From contig NC_043006.1 in the NCBI RefSeq assembly GCF_006345805.1, positions 68,076,001 to 68,140,000 on the forward strand: a stretch of 64,000 bases of DNA, given 5' to 3'. The DNA is from Octopus sinensis. Its lineage: Eukaryota. Within the stretch, counting starts at the first letter, position 1. The number at the start of each line of letters is the position of its first letter. The translations under genes were made by a program, and so were the position numbers. Under the pieces are notes generated by a model. The model was not told the DNA's origin. It made no database searches and worked only from the letters and a program-made list of their open reading frames with translations. This document shows positions 39,714 to 52,604 of the stretch, one piece after another.

Positions 39714-41210
39714 GTAAGTGACTTTTTAAGCTTTGTATTGTTTTTATATCATATGATGAGGACGGTGATGATAATGGCTAAAAGATGTGCGTGATGGTGG
39801 CAGTGGCAATGATGATAATGATAATGATGTCTGCTGTCTTCTTCTTCCAATCAGGACTCACGCCATTTGCTACAAAGAATAATCTCTAATTCGAGCCTAC
39901 TCTAAGCTACTAAGAATGTGTGTGACAACTTGAAGATCCACACATCACATTCGATAGACTGGCGGTTGCACGGGCGCGAAAGCTACATTATCCTCATTCC
40001 GTAAACGGTGGCTTTTAACAGGTGGAGAGCTGAACCATCCTGGGGTACAGAGGATTCGCAATCTAGACTAGGGTCTGAAAGTTTTACCACTCCATAGTGG
40101 GTTACACCATGGTTCCTCTGCTTTGTGGCAGAAGTAGGAAGAAAGAGTGAGAGAAAGTTGTGGTGAAAGAGTACAGCAGGATTCACCCCCCCCCCACTGG
40201 AGCCTCGTGGAGCTTAGGTGTTTTTGCTCAATAAACACTCACAATACCTGGTCTGAGAATCAAAACCACATTCTTATGACCACGCAGCTGCTGCCCTAAC
40301 CACTGGGCCATTGCACCTCCATATGGCTGCTGTTGCTGCCATTCTGAGATATTTCCTACATATTTTTCATGTGATGTTCATGCTAAAAATATTGTATTGA
40401 TGACGAATAGGAAAAAATTGAGAAAATCATCAAGACTACATGTCTTCTTCCAGTATATAACTAAAACTCATGTAAGACATCGATGTAAATGCATGTAGCT
40501 AGTCTGGGAATTTCTGTTCTTTTGTTCGTGTATACCACATTTGCATGTGAGAGCAGGTAACCTAGTAGTTAGGATGTTGTACTCATGATTGCAAGATTGT
40601 GGTTTCAATTTGGGTAATTGATATTTAGGACATAACACTTGCATAATCTACCTTATTTTATCAATTCTACTACTTTCTTTATTAACTATATGTCCTCTTC
40701 TTGTATGTTTGTGTGTGTTTATGTTCACTGGTTGTAAACAATGGTCTCAATGATGATGTTGTTTCCAAAAGGGTCTGGGTTGTTTGATAGACGGAGAAAT
40801 TATTACCTCATTGGAAAACCACTAGTACTGCTGACAGGCTGCAGAAAATTCTGTCCCAATATACTTTCATCTGAACCATGCAAGCATAGAAAAGTAGATG
40901 ACATTAAAATGCTGATGGTGATGAAGCTGATGATGATGATCATCATGTATCATCATCATCATTGTTTTACATCTGATTCATATGTTGGCATAAGATGAGT
41001 GAGTCATCACAGTTTGACTCTGTCGTTATTGTGAATTATGACTTTGGGGCCAAGTTTTGCTCATATGTTCTTTTTTTGGCATGGCTTCAACAGCTGGATG
41101 CTCTTCCTAAACCAGCCACTTAAATGATCGTATTGAATTCATTTTATTGTAGCAACAGCACTAGAGGAGTTCTCTTCTACCCCACAACACAAGAGGTTCT
41201 TCATTGGTCT

Positions 41211-41450
41211 CAGTGGTTCTCAGCCATTTTTCATCTATGGACCCGTTTGGTTCCTATTTCTTTGGGGTGGACCTTTATAGCCATTTGATGTTTAAGAAAA
41301 TCCAATTCTATTTTTATAATGAAATGCTATTAGGAAATGTGTAAAGAAAAAAACTATTGAAATATTTTGTGTTCTGTAGAAGTATCAGCAATTTATTGCA
41401 TCAGTTTTAACAACAAAATGGATCAATTGGACCCTTGTTGAGAACCACTG
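41211..41450. mobile_element. hAT-like MITE (TIR CAGTGGTTCTCA)
   Basis: 12-bp TIRs at both ends; same family as 47616-48251; no TSD recognisable. Confidence 0.7.
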
Positions 41451-41583
41451 GTCTATATTGTCCTCATTCATTATGAAATCAACAGAGTGGGTGATTGTAG
41501 ACGATGAATGAAAGTTAGAGGGAGACAGAAGCAAATGAGAGGGGGGATGCAGAGTCATTGGGGGCAACAGTAGAAAGAAAGAC

Positions 41584-41618
<35 letters not shown>

Positions 41619-42292
41619 GGATGCAATCCCACCACTCAAGAAAGCCGTAAAAAAGAAGGAAGAAGATACTTCTCTCTCTCACCACCATCTTCTATTTCAA
41701 ATCACGAAAGATTTGTCTAAGAAATAAAGGCTTGACCTCAACATCAAGCCATCATACAGAGGAGAAGGACCTACTGACCATCCTAATCAAAGGAATATGG
41801 TGCTGTTGGTGCTGATGGTAATGGTGCAAACATCACAGCTTTATTATTATATGTTGCTGAGTAATCTCCTGCTATCAAGAGTTCTTGAAGAACACAATCT
41901 GAGAACTTCACAGGCTTGGTATGGGTTAACTGAATCATTTTTTACATACTTTTCCATTTTGTTAGATATCTCAGTCATCATAGTGAGGGAAGAAATTGTT
42001 TTTTCTTTGTCTGCTTATACTTAGAGCATCAGAAAATGCCTTGCAATATTTAGTTATGGTTTTTTTACATTCTGAGTTCAAATCCTGCTGAGGTCAATTT
42101 TGTCTTTCATCCTTTGAGAGTTGATAAAGTACCAGTCAAGTACTGGGGTTGATAGTATTGGCTGATCCCCCTCACTTCAAAATTACTGGCCTTATACCTA
42201 AATTATAAAAATAATTAATTTCTTTTCTTGTTTCTGTGCTTTGCCATTTCATTTGTAGTCTTTAATATTTCCTTTTAACATTGTTTTCACAG

Positions 42293-42407
42293 AAGCAGAA
42301 AGTGCTACAAAACGCGAAGAGAATTTAAGGAAATACAAAGAAATTATTCATAGCTTTCCCAAGTGCCACTTTGAGACACTTAAGATGCTGCTTCAACACC
42401 TTCTAAG
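42293..42407 (+). CDS. ARHGAP12/15-like: RhoGAP domain exon (KEIIHSFPKCHFETLKMLLQHLL)
   Basis: ttttcacag acceptor, gtcagc donor, 115 bp phase 1-2. Confidence 0.95.
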
Positions 42408-43446
42408 GTCAGCATATTACTTTTTTATTTGATGTGTAACTTCTCTCTGCAAGTTATTAAGAAATACACTGACCTGGCCAAAATGAGGTTATCAAAAACT
42501 GTTGACTTAAAATATTTGAAATCTGAAATTTAGCTATAACTTAAATGTTCCTCATTTTTGGAACCAGTTTTGTTAAGTCTTTTGTCTCTTATCTTTTATT
42601 TTTTACTTGTTTTAGCCATTGGACTGCGGCCATGCTGGGGTTCTGCCTTGAAGAGTGTAGTTAAATCAACCCCAGTACATATTATTTTAAAATCTGATAC
42701 TTATTCTATTGGTCTCTTTTGTGGCATACAGTTATAGGGGATGTAAACAAACCAACACAAGTTATCAAGCACATACACACACACACACACACACATACAC
42801 ACGCACGCACATCGGGCTTCTTTCAGTTTGCATCTGCCACATCCACTCACAAGGCTTTGGTTGGCCTGAGGCTTATAGTTGAAGACACTTGCCCAAAATG
42901 CCATTGCAGTGGGACTGAATCCCAAACCACGAGGTTCGGGAAGCAAATTTTTTGGCATGCAGCCACATCTGCATAATTTCTGTAACGATATTTTCATTCT
43001 TTACTCTCTCTTTTACTCTTTTATTTGTTTCAGTCATTTGACTGTGGCAATGCTGGAGCACCACCTTTAGTTGTGCAAATCGACCCCAGCACTTATTCTT
43101 TATAAGCCTAGGACTTATTTTATCGGTCTCTTTTGCCGAACTGCTAAGTTATGGGGATGTAAGCACACCAACATTGGTTGTCAAGCGATGTTGGGGGGGA
43201 CAAACACAGACACACAAACATATGCACACACATACATACATCATACATACATACATATTACGACGCGCTTCTTTCAGTTTCCATCTACCAAACCCACTCA
43301 CAAGGCTTTGGTCGGCCTGCAGTGGGACTGAACCCAGAACCATGTGGTTCGTAAGCAAGCCACTCCTACGCCTTTGTATATCTTTCTATTGTATATTTTT
43401 CAATTTTTCAGTATTCACATCTAACAAATTCATATTTCTTTTTCAG

Positions 43447-43615
43447 AGTAATAAAATTATCTGAACACAACCGAATGCTCACTCAAAACGTGGCTATTGT
43501 CTTTGGACCAACATTGATGTGGCCAGAACGGGAATTACACAATCTTGCCATCAGTATCACCTACCAGAGCCAAATTGTCCAATTTCTTCTTCAAAACTAT
43601 GCAAGCATCTTTTGA
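43447..43615 (+). CDS. ARHGAP12/15-like: RhoGAP last coding exon (NRMLTQNVAIVFGPTLMWP...QNYASIF*)
   Basis: ttcag acceptor in phase 2, N.M...N.AIVFGPTL motif, TGA at 43613-43615; the 11 exons total 1398 bp (466 codons). Confidence 0.97.
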
Positions 43616-44392
43616 TACAACTTTGTAAACCTGTCTAAAACTGGCCATAACCTGTTTTTTAGGTTAATCTTTTTGGCTGACATAACCCAACCATTCCAGC
43701 TTCTTTTCATGACAATACAGATTTGTGCAACGTTTGTGTTTACATGGGGTGTAATATTGGAGGGAACTGTCTTTATTCTTGACAACACACACAAAAAAAG
43801 GAAAAAAAACCCTTTGTTTTCTCCAGAAAGTTTTGGACCAAAAAAGAACCTATAAAGTTATATCGAGTTCATTTACCTGAAAAGCAATTTTTGTTTTTTT
43901 TTTAGTTGAAATTTTTTCTTGGATATTTTTTTTTGTTTTGTTTTTTCAGGTGTGTTAAAGTTGCTAAATTATATTTTAATTACGGAATTTAAGTCAACAT
44001 TTTAAAATTCTTCTAGCCATTCCTCAATGGTATTTTCCTGTCTTTTATTATTAAAAATTTTATTTTTGTATTTTCTTTTTCTTCTAAGGATATGATAAAT
44101 AATTTTATTTCTTTATTTAAAGTTCTGTGTAGAGACTTGCTGAAGACTTTAAGCTGATTGGCTTGTGGTGGAAGGGAGATAACTCTGGCTGTGTTCTTTA
44201 TTGGATTTTGTGGTGATGCGTGGACAGGCAGCTGATAGTGAGACATGTGAATGTATATATGTATGTATGTATGATGTACGTGTATATATATATGTATGAT
44301 CATAAATTTAAAATGACAAAATATTGTGTACACAATCTATAGCACTTCTATTTCCATTTTGTCATTTTATCAAATCTTTACAAACCAGATGC

Positions 44393-44423
<31 letters not shown>

Positions 44424-45959
44424 TATATGCATTAATGCACTTGTGTGTATGCACATATATATATGTTATATATGTGTATGTGTGCATGCTTGTGAAATCC
44501 CAGACACACATGCATGGCATGCGTTTATAAGTTAGTTGTTTTACAGCTATTGTTTAGCTCTAGATCAACTTTGATCAAAAGCATTCCAGTCATAACCATC
44601 CCCACTCCCTTTTTTTATACTTAGGACTGCATTGTCCGATGCTTCCTTCCAGTTTTATGATGGTAGGATGTGATTTTGAGGGAATTTGGCTGCTATTACT
44701 TGCAGGTCGAGTGACTGCATAGAGCCCCACACACACTCCCTCGATTTGCCAGTCTTGTTGCCCTGTTTGAATGTGATTGATATTATTCGGTATCTTAAGA
44801 TAATATCATAAATGAGCATCTCATAAGGCAACACTATACTACTTTTCACATACTTTACTTCACATATTATATTTCACATATTATATTTCATATGCCCTAC
44901 TTCATATATTCTATTTCATATTAAATTCCTTAAGGTTTTCTATAAGATCTTTAGCTAGAATTACAACTTACCAACCTGTTAACTATTTCAAACATTCAAA
45001 ACCTGCTGTCTTTTGATTAATTAGCATGTTTAAATTTATGTAATTCATCCGCTTATGTCTGTTCTTCTATTTCTAAAAGGCTACTGAACCATTCCTTTCA
45101 AAATATATTTCCTCCTGTACATATGTTTAAATGCAAATGTGTAGCTGTTTAGTGTACCTACCTCTGTTTGTTACTGATCTTACTTTAAAGTTAAATCTCC
45201 CTATATTTCTACGTGGATTCAATGTCAAAACTTTGGGTTGATTGCTGTCCATATCTCTGAGCACACAGTCTGTATATTCACTGATATATATATATAGACA
45301 GAAATACTGCCATATATGCACCTCTTATACAGATAAATAAATACTCTTATAAACATGACTGTTTACCTGCGCAGAGACATATTTTACACAAGCTCCAACT
45401 ATACCACACATACAGACATAATATAAAAGACATATTTATGTACACATGTATGTTCTCTGAATGTTGATTCATACATACGTGTATGTTGACATGGGTATAT
45501 ACCTATACACATGTATGTTGTCTGGCTGTGTAAAGTGTAATATATTTTGGATGGCATCTTCCACATTCAGCCCATGTTGCAATTTGATTTCTATCTTACA
45601 GTAAATTTCTTCCATGATGGAAGTCAGTTGCTCCATGATCAGTCTTTCTCTGTTCTCTCGTTAATCTTTCATCATTTACTGGGAGCTAGTGAACTTCCTC
45701 ATTCATCAATCTCTTGATGACTGAGTTTATTCTAGTTTTTATGTTTAAACTGATATTTTTTTTTTACCCTCAATCAAGGAGCATTTTCATTTTTTTTCTC
45801 TTGTCTTATGCCATCCCCAAATAAAATTACCAGATTTAAGAAGTTCATGATATAAAATATGATTGATGTCTGCTGATGTCCTCCATCTTGGAGTGTTGAG
45901 CGTTCAAATTGCAAGGCACTATCCTTTATTCTTCCTTATTCCAATTTTCTCTATAACTT

Positions 45960-46072
45960 AATCATAGTATGTGTGTATGAGAGTGTGTGTATGTATATAT
46001 TTATATATACACACATATATAGATATATATATACACATACATACATATATAATATATGTGTGTATATATATT

Positions 46073-46107
<35 letters not shown>

Positions 46108-46215
46108 CTATATATATATATAATACTGTGTGTATAAATATATAATATAGTATGTGTGTGTGTATAAAATAGTATATATATATTATATAATATAGTATAT
46201 TTATGTATAATATAC

Positions 46216-46267
<52 letters not shown>

Positions 46268-46364
46268 TAAAGCGGTGTGTGTGATGTGGGCATGTGTATA
46301 TTGATATATGTATGTTCATGCATATATATGTCCTATAGAATCACACGTGTGTGTGTGTGTGGTG

Positions 46365-46399
<35 letters not shown>

Positions 46400-46400
46400 G
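45960..46400. repeat. TA/TG-rich compound microsatellite
   Basis: Direct reading. Confidence 0.9.
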
Positions 46401-46961
46401 TGGTAGTGACTACTAAATGGTTAGTCTTATTTGATGTGACAGTTTTCACAGTATTTGCTTCTGTCAATTCTATCAAAGTGAATGGAGACTTTGAAATAGT
46501 TCTCACTCATTAAATATGTCAGTAATTAACAGTAAATTAATAAACTTCCATAATTTGTTGATCAAATCAAGAATATGAATTATCAATTTTTTTCACCCCA
46601 TGTTCCTTCATTTTATTGTAAAAGCATCCCTCCCCTCCTTTTACTAACAGTTTCCATGTTGACCTTGTTGTTATGTGGTAAAAGAATAACAATAACAGTT
46701 GTGCCTGGAAAACAGATAAGTTAATATTTATTGACATTAACATATTTGATGACCAACAATCTTTTTACATATGCTTTGTCATAAATTGTCAAAAAAGAAA
46801 AAAAATGGGAAAATACCAAGAAAAAACATTTTTATTAAAAGTGAATAAATATCTTGAAGTATCTAAAAAAAAAAACAAGGAAAAACCATCAAAAGTTGTT
46901 TTCATTGTTGTTGTTATTGCCAAAGAGATGTAGAGAATATGAATGCAAGGTAGAACTGCTA

Positions 46962-47527
46962 TTGGGTTGTCCGGAAAGTTTGTGCCGATTTTTAAAGGAA
47001 AGAAAAAGGTCAATAAATACTTGCCATTACATTTTTAATCAACCAATATGAGCCATTTTGTTGCACAATGCGTCCCTATCTTTCCTTTAACTTGAAAATA
47101 CCCTCTTCTCAGAATTGAAGTAGTTTCATGGCAAAGAATTCATCAAAGTATCTTTTAACATCATCCAAGGAATTGAAATTTTTCCCATCAAGACTATTCT
47201 GCAGAGACCTGAATAAGTGGAAATCCGAAGGAGCAATATCTGGTGAATATGGAGGGTGGGGTAACACATGCCAGCTGAGTTGCAGCAATTTTTGTCTGGT
47301 TCCCAAAGCATCAAGTGCCGAAAATGAACTTTCTTATCTTCCATTTTAAAGGGCTACAGAATTAACACAGGTTATAGGAACATAAACCTTCTTCCACGAA
47401 AAGATAGCTTAAACTGTGCTCTAAATGGAGGTGTAGTCAAATCCTATTTTATGGACTCAACCATGTTCTAAAAATAAGTCGAAAGGTAAGCTACTATAAA
47501 TCGGCACAAACTTTCTGGACAACCCAA
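46962..47527 (-). mobile_element. Internally deleted mariner transposon (566 bp)
   Basis: ~30-bp TIRs TTGGGTTGTCC(G/A)GAAAGTTTGTGCCGATTT, TA on both sides; N-terminal MEDKKVHFRHLMLW joined to C-terminal VLPHPPYSPDIAPSDFHLFRSL. Confidence 0.93.
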
Positions 47528-47615
47528 TATAAATCACATATTTTTCGCATTTGACTGAGGTGCCTTCAGAAAAGTGGATGGTGTAGTTTTGTTGGCATTG
47601 AGTGGAGGCTTAAAG

Positions 47616-48251
47616 CAGTGGTTCTCAACTAGGGTCCATATGGCCCTTGTTGGGGATCCATAAAAGATTCTGTTGTTAAAAAGCATGTGCAATAAATTGG
47701 TTACACTTCTACTATACACAAATCATTTTGATTTTTTTTTTTATTTGATAAAATTCCTAATAATATTTAATTATAGATTATAACTCTCTTTTACTTGTTT
47801 CAGTCATTTGACTGTGGCTATGCTGGAGCACCGCCTTTAGTTGAGCAAATTGACCCCAGGACTTATTCTTTGTAAGCCTAGTACTTATTCTATCGGTCTC
47901 TTTTGCCGAACCACTAAGTTACGGGGACGTAAACACACCAGCATCGGTTGTCAAGCTATGTTGGGAGGACAAACACAGACACACAAACATATACACACAC
48001 ACACATACATACACATATATACAACAGGCTTCTTTCAGTTTCTGTCTACCAAATCCACTCACAAGGCTTTGGTCGGCCTGAGGCTATAGTAGAAGACACT
48101 TGCCCAAGGTGCCATGCAGTGGGACTGAACCCAGAACCATGTGGTTTGTTAGCAAGCTAGTTACCACACAGCTACTCCTACACCTAATAGGATTTTTAAA
48201 CATCAAATGGCTATGAGGGTCCATCTGAGTAAAAATGGTTCAGAACCACTG
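47616..48251. mobile_element. hAT MITE with 8-bp TSD, interrupted by a family A SINE
   Basis: TIRs CAGTGGTTCT; TSD GCTTAAAG at 47608-47615 and 48252-48259; SINE at ~47783-48184. Confidence 0.88.
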
Positions 48252-49967
48252 GCTTAAAGTATGAGAGAAGGGGTCAGAACAGAATGGGTTTCTTGTAGAA
48301 ATTATATATTGCAAGTTCTATTTTTTACATACCACAAAAGTGTTACTAGTCATTTGGCGAGAATGGTTCTCTATAAATCAATGTTGTTAAACAACCTGTA
48401 TTCACTGCAAATATTTATAAAGTACACATTTGAGTGAAACAGTATTTACTACAGAGAAAAGCAACCATAAATCTCACAAAGTAAGTAACTATTTTAAATT
48501 CAATAAATAAATGTTTCATTCAGAGAAGACATCATCTTCATTATCATCATCATCATCATTTATCATCTATGTTCCAGACAGGGACCAAGGACTGCATTGT
48601 GCTTCAGTGTCTGCTTTGGCAAGGCTTTTACAGCTGGATACCTTTCTGAATGTCAACAACTTTATAGCAAATATTGGGTGCTCTTTTGTATGGCACTAAC
48701 ACTAGTGAGGTCACCATGTAACCTGCAAGAATAAAGTCTGCTTCAGCTGAGTGGGAGGCAATATTATACTGTGGAATGAGGGGGCTAAAGTGTGAGGGTA
48801 GGAAAGTTTGAGAGAGGGTTAAAGTATCAGAGAACAAAACAGGTTTCTTGCTGTAGAGGACCCACAGAGTTATTCACATTATAGGAGGAAGGGTGGAAGT
48901 AGCCAGGGTGGAGCTGGAAAGAGAAAAATAGTGATGATGAGGTATCAGGGTGAACCTAGAGAGATGATGTGAGTGGAGATAGGAGAGAAGAAAGTGAGAG
49001 TGGGAGATGATTAGAGATGGGGAACAGGTGAGGGGATGAATATAATGAAAGATAATAAATAGGGAAGAGTTGGTGACAACTGTAGAGATTTGGTAGAGTT
49101 AAGAGGCAACCAGTGGTACACAGTTGGATGGAGGCAGGAAAGGAGAGATGACTGATAGTCAAGTCTGTGTTCTAGCCTTTACTGTTCAATGAATCTTTTC
49201 ATATTACCATTTTAACTTCAGTTTAACTGGGACTTTGCCCCAGCCACTTGTCTTATCAGCACCCCTAAACAGTTGTCATCTCTGCTACTGGTATCTCTAC
49301 CCAATCTTTTAGTTTTTGTATGTTCCTTTGCCATATCATTTTCTGATTCTGAAGTCACTAACCACTGATCTATGCTGCATTGTGCATTCCTCTCCAGTAA
49401 AGGTTTTGGTATTTACAAAAGCCTCTCTCCCATTTCCTGATGAAAATATAATCAATCTGACTTACGTGTTCACCAGACTGTTTGGTGATGAAGTGATTGG
49501 CTGACTTCTTAAAGTGTATGTGTTGCAATATCAAAGTAGATGCATCACAGAACTCTAGGATCTTTACACCCTCTTTATTTCTCTCACTATATCCAGAATG
49601 TAACTAAAGGATTTTCTCATATCAAAGAAAAATACAAATGGTTGGTTTTGAAGGTGCCAGTGTTGCACTTTCCGGTATTGAAGATTTGTGAATAAATCGA
49701 TCATTATTTCTGGCTATTTTCTATCTTATCCAATAATGCCAAAACAAAGAAATAATGTTGTCACACTTCCAGAGAGTAGTGACTGTAGAAATTCATCAAA
49801 ACTATCTTTTATTCAAAAGAATTATTATATGCCATTATGAAATGTATTACGTTACGAAGAATTAAGTCCTATACACCTAGCCTTTGATTTCTGTACTTGT
49901 AAAAGATATGGATGCCTTCTGCAACATTTCAACAGTTCACTTCCCTGTTGCTGTCTATATGTGGTTG

Positions 49968-50038
<71 letters not shown>

Positions 50039-50039
50039 C

Positions 50040-50082
<43 letters not shown>

Positions 50083-51220
50083 TAAGCATGTATATGATTA
50101 TAGACTATGATGTGCAACCCCAATGTATAACCTAGGATTGGATTGATTGACTAAGTAATTGATTAATTAATCAATTAATTAGTTAATTGGTTAGCTGTTT
50201 AATAAATTGAGCTGTTCAAATCTAGAGTTACATCCCTTGCTCCCTTCGATTTATTTATTTATAAATAAAAAAACCCTAACTCAACCACATCTCTTAAATA
50301 TAACAGTAAAAGTAATTGGATAAATAAATAGATGGATAAATATTTTTAAGGACTAAATGACTAAGGAGTTTATTAATTAAGTGACTTAACAACATGACAT
50401 GGAATCTTGCATTTTAGGCATTTGGCAGTGAAGTCTTGCATTTGAAATAATTTCATCATCATCATCGTTTAACGTCCGTTTTCCGCGCTAGCACGGGTTG
50501 GACGGTTCGACCGGGGTCTGGGGAGCCAGGGGCTGCCCCAGGCTCCAGTCTGATCTGGCAGTGTTTCTACAGCTGGATGCCCTTCCTAACGCCAACCACT
50601 CCGCGAGTGTAGTGGGTGCTTTTTATGTGCCACCTGCACAGGTGCCAGAGGGGTCTGGCATCGGCCACGATCGGTTGGTGCTTTTTTATGTGCCACCAGC
50701 ACAGAAGCCAGTCAAGGCGGTGCTGGCATTGGCCACGTTCGGATGGTGCTTTTTATGTGCCACCGGCTCAGAAGCCATTCGAGGCAGGGTTGGCATCGTC
50801 AAATATAATAGATTTTGAACATATTTTTAACGATAATGACTACAATTTGGTAGTATGTATATACAGTTATATATAGAAGAGAATATGTGAGTATTGGGAG
50901 ATTGAATTCTGGGCGTAATTTTAGCGATTAACAACATGTTGAGACAATATATACGGTCACTTTTGATGTTTTGTCCTTTGTTTGAGTTTGGTCCAACTGG
51001 CTTCCGGCATGTATTTTAGCCATATAGTACCCATATAAGTTGGTAAAAATATTAATGATTCACATAGTTAGACTTATATATATAATATTGTATAAAAATT
51101 TTAAAAATAAATTGGTAATAATTTATCTCTCATATATATTATATCAAATAATATCCCCGTAATGTTATATAAGGGTTTTTAAAAAATATATTTGTAATAA
51201 CTTCTCTCATATGTATTATA

Positions 51221-51346
51221 GGATCTTTTCACTTTGACCGGCAGATTTTAAAAAATAATTTTTTTGTAACTAAACACTTTTAAACTTCGTATACTGGTAG
51301 AATAAAAATTATTTTTTAAATCCGCCAGTCAAAGTGAAAAGATCCG
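51221..51346. mobile_element. 126-bp MITE with ~42-bp TIRs
   Basis: GGATCTTTTCACTTTGAC...AAAAAATAATTTTT arms with ~3 differences; TA at both flanks. Confidence 0.8.
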
Positions 51347-51665
51347 TATGTATATATGAATTCACCTACATTTTGTTTCATTTATATAGATTTTATATAT
51401 ATTTATGTGCGTGTGTGTGTGTATAAATATATATATATATATATATATATAATTATTGAAATGGATAGATGAATTATCTAGTTACGGATTATTCAAATGA
51501 TAACCGATACCTGGGTAGCAAAAATCACAACAGAAAAATCACTGTTGAGGTTACGACCATGGGGTCTCAAACCCGTGCCTTAGTGCGGAAATTTGAAGTT
51601 TTATATATTTAGGGTAGGAAGAAATGGAGCTGAACGAAGATTTAACAAAATTCCTTTTTATTATT

Positions 51666-51751
51666 ATTTTCTACATATGTTTCAAAGGCTGCAAAGTCCC
51701 TAACTCGGATTGAATAAGGAGACCATTTTGCAGCCTTCTCTTCAGGAAAAT
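51666..51751 (-). ncRNA. Minimal type I hammerhead ribozyme motif (left arm of inverted repeat)
   Basis: Reverse complement of 51830-51915; one substitution in loop II only. Confidence 0.85.
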
Positions 51752-51829
51752 CCATTTTATCCCATGGGCTCCTCGTGAGCGTTTGTCGAAAAGCTTGCTG
51801 TGCATTTTGTTGGAGAATTAAGTCCCTGG

Positions 51830-51915
51830 ATTTTCCTGAAGAGAAGGCTGCAAAATGGTCTCCTTATTCAATCCGAATTAGGGACTTTGCAGCCTTTGAA
51901 ACATATGTAGAAAAT
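51830..51915 (+). ncRNA. Minimal type I hammerhead ribozyme motif
   Basis: Stem I ATTTTC/GAAAAT; core CTGAAGA (51836-51842); stem II G.T + AAGGCTGCAAA/TTTGCAGCCTT; GAAA; palindromic stem III ACATATGT; cleavage triplet GTA (predicted cut after 51909). Confidence 0.85.
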
Positions 51916-52604
51916 AATAAAAAGGAATTTTGTTAAATCTTCGTTCAGCTCCATTTCTTCCTACACATATATATATAAGTAGGTGAATGAATTATCGTAG
52001 TATTGATAATTCGAATAACCGATACCTGGGTAGCAAATTCACGTCAGAAAACACGGTTGAAGCTACATGCCAAGGGTAGAAACTCCATGTTCTTGTATGG
52101 TAATTTGTGTAATATTTAAAATGAATAAAAGAATGGAGTCGAACGAGGATTTTTTCTACCCTTATTTAATTTTTAAAATTAAATAACCGGTAAATTGACT
52201 GCTGTAGTTTATTAACTGCAGAGTAATTTCCGATCTCAGCATGCCAAAGTGAAGGCATTTGAAAGATACACTTAAATATAAATTGTAGAACTTTATACAT
52301 GCTGGATTTCGGTTGAGCGTTCTGTATCTAGTCCTGGAAATTGTGTTTTATAAACGACAGACTATGCTGATGATCTTGCAGATGTTTGCGTGTCCATATA
52401 CGTAAATATTAACAAGTGAAACCAATTGGTACATAGGTAATCGTTTTTTTATTTCGTATATTTTCATTTGTCTTGCTTATTTTTACACTTTGGGTTTTTG
52501 CTAAGTTTTTTCTTGAGAACACATTCTTCGTGGAAAATGGCGATTTGACGTCTATATCTAGCATATAGACTGTCCACTTTTAGTGGTCAGTCCTCTAAAT
52601 TTTG

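Noticed and set aside
50455-50800. CRISPR-like repeat/spacer look of GGTGCTTTTT(A)TGTGCCACC repeats (also 24040-24150, 35345-35475)
   Set aside because: Internal sub-repeats of the family E retroposon in a eukaryotic genome; no cas genes, only 2-3 units.
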